A stretch of DNA of 56,874 nucleotides from an uncultured bacterium. GTDB lineage: Bacteria > Patescibacteriota > Dojkabacteria > SC72. The notes under the pieces are model-generated. The model saw only the letters and a program-made list of their open reading frames with translations. It was not told the origin of the DNA and did no database searches. Made by a program: the position numbers and the translations under genes. The stretch is taken from assembly GCA_903906305.1 (NCBI GenBank), contig CAIVJR010000003.1:1-56874 (forward strand), written 5' to 3'. Of the stretch, positions 1 to 8,388 are shown one piece after another (the stretch's first letter is position 1; each line of letters starts with the position of its first letter).

Positions 1-25
1 ATATATTAAGTTTATCTTCTGTCCT

Positions 26-787
26 ATGGATAAATACAAAAATCTCCGTATATTTAACATAGTAATGGGATTCTTCCACTTTGTGCAAGGAATACTCATG
101 GTAGTACTCAGTAACGATTTCACATTACCAATCAATACCAGCTATCTTAAATTTGATGTAGCAACCCTTACACTACAACCATCTCTAAACAATATATATG
201 ATCTTAAGGTCGGATATGCAATAGCTGCATTCCTCTTCCTTTCATCATTAGCACACTTCATTATTTCAATGCCTAGAATCTATGAATGGTATGTAGCTAA
301 CCTAAAGAAGGGTATTAACTATGCTAGATGGATAGAATATGCATTTAGTTCATCCATTATGATTGTTGTGATATCAATGTTAGTAGGTGTATATGACTTT
401 AGTACTCTCTTGTTGATCTTCTTCCTCAATGCAATGATGATCCTCTTTGGAATGGTTATGGAAATACACAATCAAACTACAACAAAGACAAACTGGATAT
501 CATTCATATTTGGATGTATAGCAGGTATAGTTCCATGGGTAGTAGTAGCATTGTATCTATTTGGTTCTGGGGATGCAGATAACCATGCTCCAACCTTTGT
601 ATATTGGATCTTCTTTAGTATCTTCCTCTTCTTTAATACATTTGCAGGTAATATGATCCTACAATATGGAAAGATTGGAAAATGGAAGGACTATACATTT
701 GGAGAAAAGGTATATGTCATATTGAGCTTAGTAGCGAAATCATTACTTGCATGGCAGGTATTTGCAGGAACATTAAGACCTGTATAG
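26..787 (+). CDS. heliorhodopsin (7-TM retinal-binding photoreceptor)
   Basis: 253 aa with 7 hydrophobic helices. Full-length by-eye match to heliorhodopsin 48C12 motifs: GFFH18F, LSNDFTLP, SLAH77FI, RWIE104YAFSSS (counterion Glu), FGCIAGIVPW, FLFFNTF, S234-LVA-K238-SLLAWQ (Schiff-base Lys, codon aaa 737-739). Confidence 0.85.
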   Translation: MDKYKNLRIFNIVMGFFHFVQGILMVVLSNDFTLPINTSYLKFDVATLTLQPSLNNIYDLKVGYAIAAFLFLSSLAHFIISMPRIYEWYVANLKKGINYARWIEYAFSSSIMIVVISMLVGVYDFSTLLLIFFLNAMMILFGMVMEIHNQTTTKTNWISFIFGCIAGIVPWVVVALYLFGSGDADNHAPTFVYWIFFSIFLFFNTFAGNMILQYGKIGKWKDYTFGEKVYVILSLVAKSLLAWQVFAGTLRPV

Positions 788-798
788 AATAGAGAAAT

Positions 799-2070
799 AT
801 GTCAAAAAATAAAAGAATACTAGATTTAATACCTAAACAGTTCTCACGAAATACATTTGTATATTTTTTGATACCACTCTTTTTAATACTTCTTGGAGAC
901 GGAATAGTGGCATACATATTTCCATTGGTATTAGGAAATCATGTAAGCTCAAATCTTATCATCGGACTTATTATGTCTGCTTCATCAGTAACTAGTATTG
1001 CCTGCGACTTTCTTATTCCTCTTGTATTTCCAAAATATGGTTGGAAATTTCAGTTAATAACTGGAATCATCCTAGCCTTAACCTTTCCCCTAATCACAGC
1101 ACTTGGAGATACATTCTCAATTGTGTGGCTATTTTTAATCGCCTCATTAATGTGGGGTATTTATTATGAATTTATTATGTTTGCTCAACAAAGTTTTGTT
1201 GTGGAAGAAGAAGATCAAAAACATTTCTCTCATGATTGGAGTATTGTTGAAATCTTAACCAATATAGTAGAAGTATCAGCACCGATAATTGGAGCTTTCA
1301 TTCTCATAAGAGGGATAGTTGCATATACCTCTGTTACTTTAGTAATTGAGATTTTAGCATTGATATTTGCAATCCTACTTGTTCTCGTAAAACGAGATGT
1401 AAAAATGCAAAAACCAAAGAGCCAGATCAAGGAATATATTAGTTTTTTCAAAGAGTTAAAGTCTTGGAAAATACTTTCAAAAAAAGTATATATTGTTTTA
1501 ATAATGGCCGTAATAGTGGAAATGGTCTCCGCAGGTTTTCTAACCTTCGCAGGATTGTATGGAGAACAGTTAATTGGCAATCCTGATTGGAACTGGGCAC
1601 TCATAACAATTGCGACAATTCCATATATGTTTGGATCTATCATTATATATAGATTAAATATGAAAAAAGGGAAAAAGAGGCTTGCTCAACTCTCAATCCT
1701 TACTTCAGGAATAATACTTTCTTTATTATTCTTCTTTGGTGGAAAGCTAATTCCAATATTAGTTTTAATTTTCATTTCTAATCTCATAATGTCATTATGT
1801 TGGCCTTTAGATGATGCAATATTTAGTGATTTACAAAAACGATTAGGGAAACATGGTTTGCATCTCATTGGATTATCTCAGGCTAGTTATTCAATCGCAT
1901 ATCTAGTCGCACCAGCATTTATGGGATTTTTAGCAGATAGGGTAGGGTATAATAATTCGTTTGCGATAATTGGAGTAATAGCAGCAGTAATTGGCTTGAT
2001 TCTCTTAATTATAACTCCTCGCAAGTTACGTATGCCTCACAAAGAATTAGACAATATAGTTACTTCTTAA
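799..2070 (+). CDS. MFS-type transporter (substrate unknown)
   Basis: 423 aa, about 12 hydrophobic helices in a 6+6 layout with a basic central loop (KRDVKMQKPKSQIKEY). Starts 11 nt after the heliorhodopsin stop. Confidence 0.6.
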   Translation: MSKNKRILDLIPKQFSRNTFVYFLIPLFLILLGDGIVAYIFPLVLGNHVSSNLIIGLIMSASSVTSIACDFLIPLVFPKYGWKFQLITGIILALTFPLITALGDTFSIVWLFLIASLMWGIYYEFIMFAQQSFVVEEEDQKHFSHDWSIVEILTNIVEVSAPIIGAFILIRGIVAYTSVTLVIEILALIFAILLVLVKRDVKMQKPKSQIKEYISFFKELKSWKILSKKVYIVLIMAVIVEMVSAGFLTFAGLYGEQLIGNPDWNWALITIATIPYMFGSIIIYRLNMKKGKKRLAQLSILTSGIILSLLFFFGGKLIPILVLIFISNLIMSLCWPLDDAIFSDLQKRLGKHGLHLIGLSQASYSIAYLVAPAFMGFLADRVGYNNSFAIIGVIAAVIGLILLIITPRKLRMPHKELDNIVTS

Positions 2071-3556
2071 GGATTTGAAATTGTCCACCATATATTTCTA
2101 GACTTGGAGTATATCCTAAATCTATATATTTTTGTGCATCCTTTATTGAGACTATCAATACGTCCCCAATCTTTAACTCTGTAGCCTTAACACCATTAAC
2201 ATTTTCATTTAGTAATGCCCAACCAGGATAGTCACCATGGTTATCATAGTAATAGTAAACATTGGAGTGAGACATATAGAATTGAGAATCAATCATATCT
2301 GTCGGAGATACAAACACATAGCGTGTAACATTGTTTAAAGCATCAAGCTCTTGAGCCATAACTCTGTAATCAAGTCTCGCTTGCATAGGTTTAAGCATAC
2401 ATATTAGAGCAATATATATACCAATTGGAATTAATACAAACCATTTTTTTAACAATAACGACAATACCATCCAGAATGAAATCAAAAGAATTATCCCACC
2501 TGCAATGGTATATCTTTCAACAAAACAGTTGAAATTTAACACACTTAAGAGATAGAAACCTATAAAGGTTATTATCCCCAACACAAAGAAAAAAATAATC
2601 TTTCTTTTTTCTTCCAAATCAATTCGCTTAGATATTAAAACCCAGACATATCCAATTAGATGGATAAAAAACATAATTGCACCAAAAAGTAATGTAGGGA
2701 TATGTATGATTAATTCTCTCACAGGAGGAACACCCTCCATATACCTAACTACACCCAATGAATATGAATAGTATGCTCTAACAATGTCATAGAACTTCAT
2801 ATCCGGTACCCACCACATACCAGAAATTCCAAGACTATTTACTATTGATTTAAATGGAATGAATATTACAGCTAATGTAACAGCAAGTACTATTCCTAAG
2901 AAAACATACAGCCACTTCTTGTTTATACCCTTCTCTCCAAATACAAATTTGTAAATCAAGCTTGCGCAAACAATAGCAAAGATATAGATAATCTGGAGAT
3001 AGTGAGTACCACAAAGTAACAATGAAAGAAGAATTGTCATAACAATATATGTGATTCGTTCTTTTCCTTCTGAACTATTTAGAAGTTTAAACACTGAATA
3101 TGCTAATCCCAAAGCTAGGAATGCTAAGAAGGAATATGCCCTTGCCTCTACAGAATATGAGACAAAGAATGGGGAAATTGCAATTACTAAGGCAAAGATT
3201 AATCCAGTGATTGGATATTTTTCTTTTTTAAACAGATCTTTACCAACAAAATATGCTAGTCCAATACCTAGCAATCCAAAGAAAAGCGAAAATGATCTTA
3301 ATGAAGTTTGAGTAATCCCAAAGATGAGAGACCAACACCTAACTAATACATAGAATAGTGGGGGATGTACCTTATCTGCAGCTATCACTGCAAACATATC
3401 TTTCCAAGACATTTTAATAACATCACCTGTAAAGGCCTCATCATACCAGAAGCTCGTTCTATTGATTTCCAACAATCTTAATACCAAACCTACGATCAAT
3501 ATGATCGCGAGGATAAACAGAGGATTTTTCAATATTTTAAGAATTTTTTGCCACAT
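2060..3556 (-). CDS. GT-C fold membrane glycosyltransferase (ArnT/PMT-like, GT39/GT83 type)
   Basis: 498 aa polytopic membrane protein. First-loop motif FWYDEAF and HPPLFY are typical of PMT_2/ArnT-like enzymes. 1-nt gap to the upstream GT2 gene. Confidence 0.65.
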   Translation of the reverse strand: MWQKILKILKNPLFILAIILIVGLVLRLLEINRTSFWYDEAFTGDVIKMSWKDMFAVIAADKVHPPLFYVLVRCWSLIFGITQTSLRSFSLFFGLLGIGLAYFVGKDLFKKEKYPITGLIFALVIAISPFFVSYSVEARAYSFLAFLALGLAYSVFKLLNSSEGKERITYIVMTILLSLLLCGTHYLQIIYIFAIVCASLIYKFVFGEKGINKKWLYVFLGIVLAVTLAVIFIPFKSIVNSLGISGMWWVPDMKFYDIVRAYYSYSLGVVRYMEGVPPVRELIIHIPTLLFGAIMFFIHLIGYVWVLISKRIDLEEKRKIIFFFVLGIITFIGFYLLSVLNFNCFVERYTIAGGIILLISFWMVLSLLLKKWFVLIPIGIYIALICMLKPMQARLDYRVMAQELDALNNVTRYVFVSPTDMIDSQFYMSHSNVYYYYDNHGDYPGWALLNENVNGVKATELKIGDVLIVSIKDAQKYIDLGYTPSLEIYGGQFQILKK

Positions 3557-3557
3557 A

Positions 3558-4250
3558 CTATTTATGTGCCTTTCTTACATGCAGTAACTCTGCAAAGGTT
3601 TTGAAATATGAAGCTGTAGTCACATGGCTTTCTCCAACCTCTGTCCATTCAACCGGCATTTCCTTAATCATTAAACCATTCTTGTGTAAGAGATAAAGAA
3701 ATTCAAAATCATAACCATATCTATTGTTTTCACACATTAAAAAATATGGCTTGCATTTCTGATTAAACATTTTAAACCCACATTGAGTATCCTTAAAATT
3801 AAGGCCTAAAATTGATCTAATTAGAAGATTAGATGCGTTTCCAAATAATTTTCTTAGTGGAGAGACTTTTATATCTTCCTTACCTAATGCTCTAGAACCA
3901 ATTACACAATCATATTTATCCATCTTTTCTACAAAGTGTTCAATATATTCAATTGGTGTAGAGAAATCTGCATCTGCAATATATATGTAATCTCCATCGG
4001 CTTTGGTTATACCTTGTTTTAGGGCATATCCTTTTCCCATATTAGGGAAGTAGCTAACAATGATCACCTCGTCTTTGAATGTAGTGAGTACTTCTAGGGT
4101 TTTGTCCTTAGATCCATCATTAACAACTATGATTTCGGTTTGGATTTGGTTCTTTTTACTAAATTCTTTGAGATATGAGATCACATGAGGGAGAGTTTTT
4201 CCTATTCTATTTTCTTCATTGTAAGCAGGGATAACAATGGATATCTTCAT
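3558..4250 (-). CDS. GT2 polyprenol-phosphate hexosyltransferase (DPM1/GtrB-like)
   Basis: 230 aa. ISIVIPAYNEE N-terminus, DGSKDKT and ADADFS (DXD) motifs of family-2 glycosyltransferases. Confidence 0.8.
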   Translation of the reverse strand: MKISIVIPAYNEENRIGKTLPHVISYLKEFSKKNQIQTEIIVVNDGSKDKTLEVLTTFKDEVIIVSYFPNMGKGYALKQGITKADGDYIYIADADFSTPIEYIEHFVEKMDKYDCVIGSRALGKEDIKVSPLRKLFGNASNLLIRSILGLNFKDTQCGFKMFNQKCKPYFLMCENNRYGYDFEFLYLLHKNGLMIKEMPVEWTEVGESHVTTASYFKTFAELLHVRKAHK

Positions 4251-4257
4251 ATGGGTA

Positions 4258-4266
4258 ATGATATCA
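4258..4266 (-). promoter_or_regulatory. extended -10 (TGATATCAT) 7 nt upstream of the GT2 gene ATG
   Basis: The reverse complement of 4258-4266 reads TGATATCAT. ATG at 4250. Confidence 0.45.
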
Positions 4267-4298
4267 ATTTATGTTCGTCATTATATCAGAAATTTTTA

Positions 4299-5633
4299 TC
4301 ATATGGACCTTGCAAACATAATTCCTGTTACAGCAGCTCCCGTTATGCTTCCTGATACACCCGCTGCATCGCCAGCTACATACAAGCCTTTGATACACGT
4401 TTGCAATCCGTTATCTGTAACTATCTTTGAAGATCTAAACTTAACCTCAGGTGCATAAAGAAGGGTAGAACCTCCATTAACACCCGGCATTACCTTATCC
4501 AATATCTCTAATCCTTCTTCAATATTCTTGACTATTCGATATGGCAAAGCCATAGCTATATCTCCTGGTGTAACATCTGTTAGAGAAGGTGTTACAAATG
4601 ATTTAGAAAGTCTACTCCATGAACTCCTTCGACCACTATGCAAATCCTCAAGTGATTGCAACAAAGGTTTCCCTCCTCCAAGCGTTGAGGCTACTTCCGC
4701 AATTGATTTAGCATATGCTATGGAATTCTCAACAGGTTCAGTTAAACTTACTTCAGAAACAAATGCAAAGTTAGAATTTTTGGACTTATGATCTGATTTT
4801 GAATGACCATTTACACATATGTAACCATCATAGTTTTCGGTAGCCACTTCACCATTTGGACAGCTACAGAAGGTTCTAATAATGTCGTGGTATGTTTTGG
4901 TTCTTACCTTGTAGACTGTCTCATAAAGGATATCCGCTTGACGTTTCATTATTGGTGCTAAAAATTCAACTCTTACTCCAACCTCTACCTTGTCATACAT
5001 ATATTTAATATCATATTTGTTAGCAAGTTTTTGTAACCAGCTAGCTCGAACTCTGCCAGGAGCAAGAAGAACGATAGGGGCTTTGATTTCTTTTTTGTCT
5101 TTTGTAATTACTCCACTTATCTTTTTATCCTTAACTAAGATATCTATTACTTCTGTGTTATCTAATATCTCCACACCTTTTTTAAGAAGGTCTTTTTCCA
5201 TCTTAGCTATAACCGTAGTTAATTTGTCTGTACCTACATGCCTTGCTTTTCTTACAATTAATTCAACATCATTCTTGGTAGCTTCTTCAATGAGTTTGTC
5301 ATATTCTTCATTTTGTTTTGGGTAATATTCTGCATCTACTCCAAAATCTGTAAATATTTCATCTACATAGTCTAAGATTTTTTGATATTCGGGTTGGGAT
5401 ATGAGGTGGAAGGCTTTCTCATGTGAGAGGTATGCTGTCAGGTGTAACTTTCCATCTGAGAATGTTCCTGCTCCTCCTATACCTGACATTACTTCATTGG
5501 GTTTTCTATTCTCAATTCTATTACCCATATCTATGAGGGCAATTTTCATATCTTTGTGAGATTTGAGGAGTTCGTAACATGCGAATAGGCCAGCAGGGCC
5601 AGCACCAACTACTATTACATCGTATTTAGACAT
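4299..5633 (-). CDS. FAD-dependent oxidoreductase (COG2509-like)
   Basis: 444 aa. N-terminal Rossmann motif VIVVGAGPAGL and a GGAGTFSDGKL motif typical of this uncharacterised FAD dehydrogenase family. Confidence 0.7.
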   Translation of the reverse strand: MSKYDVIVVGAGPAGLFACYELLKSHKDMKIALIDMGNRIENRKPNEVMSGIGGAGTFSDGKLHLTAYLSHEKAFHLISQPEYQKILDYVDEIFTDFGVDAEYYPKQNEEYDKLIEEATKNDVELIVRKARHVGTDKLTTVIAKMEKDLLKKGVEILDNTEVIDILVKDKKISGVITKDKKEIKAPIVLLAPGRVRASWLQKLANKYDIKYMYDKVEVGVRVEFLAPIMKRQADILYETVYKVRTKTYHDIIRTFCSCPNGEVATENYDGYICVNGHSKSDHKSKNSNFAFVSEVSLTEPVENSIAYAKSIAEVASTLGGGKPLLQSLEDLHSGRRSSWSRLSKSFVTPSLTDVTPGDIAMALPYRIVKNIEEGLEILDKVMPGVNGGSTLLYAPEVKFRSSKIVTDNGLQTCIKGLYVAGDAAGVSGSITGAAVTGIMFARSI

Positions 5634-5779
5634 AGTGATATGTGGTTAGGTTACCTATTATTATTCCAGAAAATACCCATCATGACAACAACCGTGGAAC
5701 ACCTGCTTCACGAGATCAGATCTAGAACTGATCTAATTTAATTTTTTATTCAAAAGAATTATGCTACCATATATCCATC

Positions 5780-6409
5780 ATGCTCCAACTCCAAAAATAT
5801 ACTAAGAATTTTAACAAGGTAGTAGTACTACTAACCATTTCCGATGTATTTGCATGGGGACCTTACTTTGTCATATCCACACTTGCAGGAATATATCTAG
5901 CTGGAAAGCTCGGGAGCAATGCAATTGAATTTATAGGTGTAGGGACTGCCATATACTACTTTACAAGAGCCCTAACACAGATACCAATAGGGTATATAAC
6001 AGATAAGATAAAGAAGGATAAAGATGATATATATTTCCTAATAGGTGGAATCATATTAATGGGAATACCATATATACTGTATCCACTCATATCTCAACCA
6101 TGGCATTACTATATTCTCCAACTAATATTTGGATTAGGAGCTTCATTAAACCTTTCTACATGGAGAAAACTCTTTGCTATGAATATAGACTATGGAAGAG
6201 AAGGAAAACAATATGGATTCTATGAGACCATTATTAGCCTCTCTACCGTTATACTTAGTGCGATTATCGGTCTTGTCGCAAATCTAGGTGACATATACTT
6301 TGATTGGGTAATGATTTGTTCTGGAATATTGATGATGGCAGGTAGTATATGGGTTGTATTAATATTTACTGCTAAGAAGAGAAAAACAAACCATATTCTG
6401 AAAACATAA
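5780..6409 (+). CDS. half-size (6-TM) MFS-like membrane protein
   Basis: 209 aa with about 6 helices. Loop motif GYITDKIKKDKD resembles the MFS TM2-3 loop. Only half the length of a canonical MFS protein. Confidence 0.45.
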   Translation: MLQLQKYTKNFNKVVVLLTISDVFAWGPYFVISTLAGIYLAGKLGSNAIEFIGVGTAIYYFTRALTQIPIGYITDKIKKDKDDIYFLIGGIILMGIPYILYPLISQPWHYYILQLIFGLGASLNLSTWRKLFAMNIDYGREGKQYGFYETIISLSTVILSAIIGLVANLGDIYFDWVMICSGILMMAGSIWVVLIFTAKKRKTNHILKT

Positions 6410-6428
6410 TATTTGATATATTAGAGAT

Positions 6429-6545
6429 ATGAATGCAACAGAGATAAATCAAAGATTACAAGAAATAAATATATTACTAACCATTATTTACAATAAGCTC
6501 CTTGATATTAAGGCACAAAGATCAATTTCAAATATATCTTCCTAA
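6429..6545 (+). CDS. 38-aa micro-protein (amphipathic helix), hypothetical
   Basis: Not in the ORF track (below the size cutoff). MNATEINQRLQEINILLTIIYNKLLDIKAQRSISNISS. Preceded by extended -10 TGATATATT (6414-6422) exactly 6 nt before the ATG, the same geometry as many genes here. Confidence 0.4.
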   Translation: MNATEINQRLQEINILLTIIYNKLLDIKAQRSISNISS

Positions 6546-6549
6546 AACT

Positions 6550-6807
6550 ATGATACCTGACACAACAACAGAAACTAATAATATTCTTGATTTAGAAATA
6601 GCTCCAGATGTTAATACATCAACAAATATCCTTCCGGAGCAGATAAACATGCAACTTATTGAAGATGCCCAAACCAAGGGAAGGGAGATAAAAAATCTAG
6701 CACAAGAACTTTCCCAAGTAAATGACCAATTTCTAACAGGAATAGGAAAGCTCCTTGATGAAGCTGATAAATATAGTGCTGAAATAGATAGATACAATAA
6801 ACAATAA
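6550..6807 (+). CDS. hypothetical acidic coiled-coil protein (85 aa from ATG 6550)
   Basis: The track ORF 6502..6807 starts at TTG. The first ATG is at 6550, 4 nt after the micro-ORF stop. No recognisable domain. Confidence 0.4.
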   Translation: MIPDTTTETNNILDLEIAPDVNTSTNILPEQINMQLIEDAQTKGREIKNLAQELSQVNDQFLTGIGKLLDEADKYSAEIDRYNKQ

Positions 6808-6819
6808 CTCCTTGACCTA

Positions 6820-6830
6820 TGTGGTAAAAT
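6820..6830 (+). promoter_or_regulatory. extended -10 (TGTGGTAAAAT) 6 nt upstream of the iscS ATG
   Basis: TRTG-n-TAAAAT. ATG at 6837. Confidence 0.55.
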
Positions 6831-6836
6831 ATATAT

Positions 6837-8018
6837 ATGAAAAATATATACCTTGATCACGCAGCAACAACCTCTGTAAAACCAGAGGTATTAGAAACAA
6901 TGCTCCCATATTTTACTGAAAAATACGGCAACGCTTCATCAATATATTCATTAGGAAGAGAAAACAAGAAAGCAATAGATGATGCAAGAGAGAAAGTAGC
7001 AAAAGCATTAAATGCACAACCAAAAGAAATATTCTTCACAAGTGGCGGGACAGAAGCAGATAACTGGGCATTAGAAGGAATAGCATTTGCCAACCAAACT
7101 AAAGGAAAACATATCATAACTACAAATATTGAGCATCATGCAATATTGCACACTTGTAAGTTCTTAGAAAAGCAAGGTTTTGAAGTAACATATGTACCAG
7201 TAGATAACAAAGGAATAGTACACGTTGAGGATATAGAGAAAGCCATAAGGCCAGATACCATATTAATATCCATAATGTTTGCTAACAATGAGATAGGGAC
7301 AATACAACCAATTAAAGAGATAGGGGTATTAGCTAAGGAAAAAGGAATATACTTCCATACAGATGCTGTACAAGCTATCGGAAATATACCTATCGATGTA
7401 AAAGATATGAATATTGATATGCTCTCACTCTCTGGACACAAGTTCTACGGCCCTAAGGGAGTCGGAGTGCTCTACATTAGAGACGGAGTAAGAATATCTC
7501 CAATGTTACATGGTGGTGCACAGGAGCGAGGTAAGCGAGCTAGTACAGAGAATGTAGCAGGTATTGTTGGACTCGGAAAAGCCATCGAACTAGCTACAGA
7601 GAACATTGAAGAATACAACACGAAATTAATGAAAATAAGAGATAGGGCTATTAGGAAGATATTAGAAAAGATTCCATATTCAAGATTAAATGGAGAGGAA
7701 AAGAATAGATTACCAGGAAATGTAAATATTTCCTTTGAGTTCATAGAAGGAGAATCAATCCTCCTTATGCTAGACATGAAAGGTATATGTGCTTCGAGTG
7801 GATCAGCATGTACCTCTGGTTCCTTAGATCCTTCACATGTGTTACTTGCCATAGGTTTACCTCATGAGATAGCACATGGTTCTTTAAGATTAACCTTTGG
7901 AGAAGAAAATACAGATAGTGATTTAGACTATCTATTAGAGACATTACCTCCCATTATTGAAAAATTGAGAGCTATGTCCCCTTTATATGACACCTTTATT
8001 AAAAATGGAAGAATATAG
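6837..8018 (+). CDS. iscS: cysteine desulfurase (NifS/IscS type)
   Basis: 393 aa. PLP-lysine motif [12 protein letters not shown] and active-site loop SSGSACTSG. Confidence 0.9.
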   Translation: MKNIYLDHAATTSVKPEVLETMLPYFTEKYGNASSIYSLGRENKKAIDDAREKVAKALNAQPKEIFFTSGGTEADNWALEGIAFANQTKGKHIITTNIEHHAILHTCKFLEKQGFEVTYVPVDNKGIVHVEDIEKAIRPDTILISIMFANNEIGTIQPIKEIGVLAKEKGIYFHTDAVQAIGNIPIDVKDMNIDMLSLSGHKFYGPKGVGVLYIRDGVRISPMLHGGAQERGKRASTENVAGIVGLGKAIELATENIEEYNTKLMKIRDRAIRKILEKIPYSRLNGEEKNRLPGNVNISFEFIEGESILLMLDMKGICASSGSACTSGSLDPSHVLLAIGLPHEIAHGSLRLTFGEENTDSDLDYLLETLPPIIEKLRAMSPLYDTFIKNGRI

Positions 8019-8388
8019 TCAAAAAGTAATGGATCATTTCATGAATCCAAGAAATGTAGGAGAAATCCCTGATGCTGATGGCATAGGTCAGGTTGGAAAT
8101 CCCGTTTGTGGAGATATCATGAAGATGTATCTTAAAATCAAAGACAACGTCATAACCGATGTTAAATTTAAAACCTTTGGGTGTGGTGCAGCCGTAGCTA
8201 CAAGTAGTATGGCAACAGAACTCATAATGGGAAAAACATTGGAAGAAGCATTAGAAATATCAAACAAAACAGTTGCAGAAGCATTAAATGGGTTACCACC
8301 AATAAAGATGCATTGCTCCAATCTTGCAGAACAAGCTATAAAAGCAGCAATAGATGATTACAAGAAAAAAAATGAATCCTCAAAATAA
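8005..8388 (+). CDS. iscU: Fe-S cluster scaffold protein IscU/NifU N-terminal type
   Basis: Three scaffold cysteines (PVCGD, GCGAA, HCSNLA). First ATG at 8005 (the track ORF opens at 7987). Overlaps the iscS stop by 14 nt. Confidence 0.9.
   Translation: MEEYSQKVMDHFMNPRNVGEIPDADGIGQVGNPVCGDIMKMYLKIKDNVITDVKFKTFGCGAAVATSSMATELIMGKTLEEALEISNKTVAEALNGLPPIKMHCSNLAEQAIKAAIDDYKKKNESSK

Noticed and set aside
4299-5633. FAD-dependent oxidoreductase near the heliorhodopsin as a carotenoid desaturase (CrtI) supplying retinal precursors
   Set aside because: The GGAGTFSDGKL motif and overall layout fit the uncharacterised COG2509 dehydrogenase family rather than CrtI/phytoene desaturase. No other carotenoid genes are nearby.
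5682-5741. 19-codon ORF (MTTTVEHLLHEIRSRTDLI) in the 5634-5779 spacer
   Set aside because: It has no promoter or SD signature of either type used in this window, and it is mostly made of the palindrome sequence. It is more likely non-coding.
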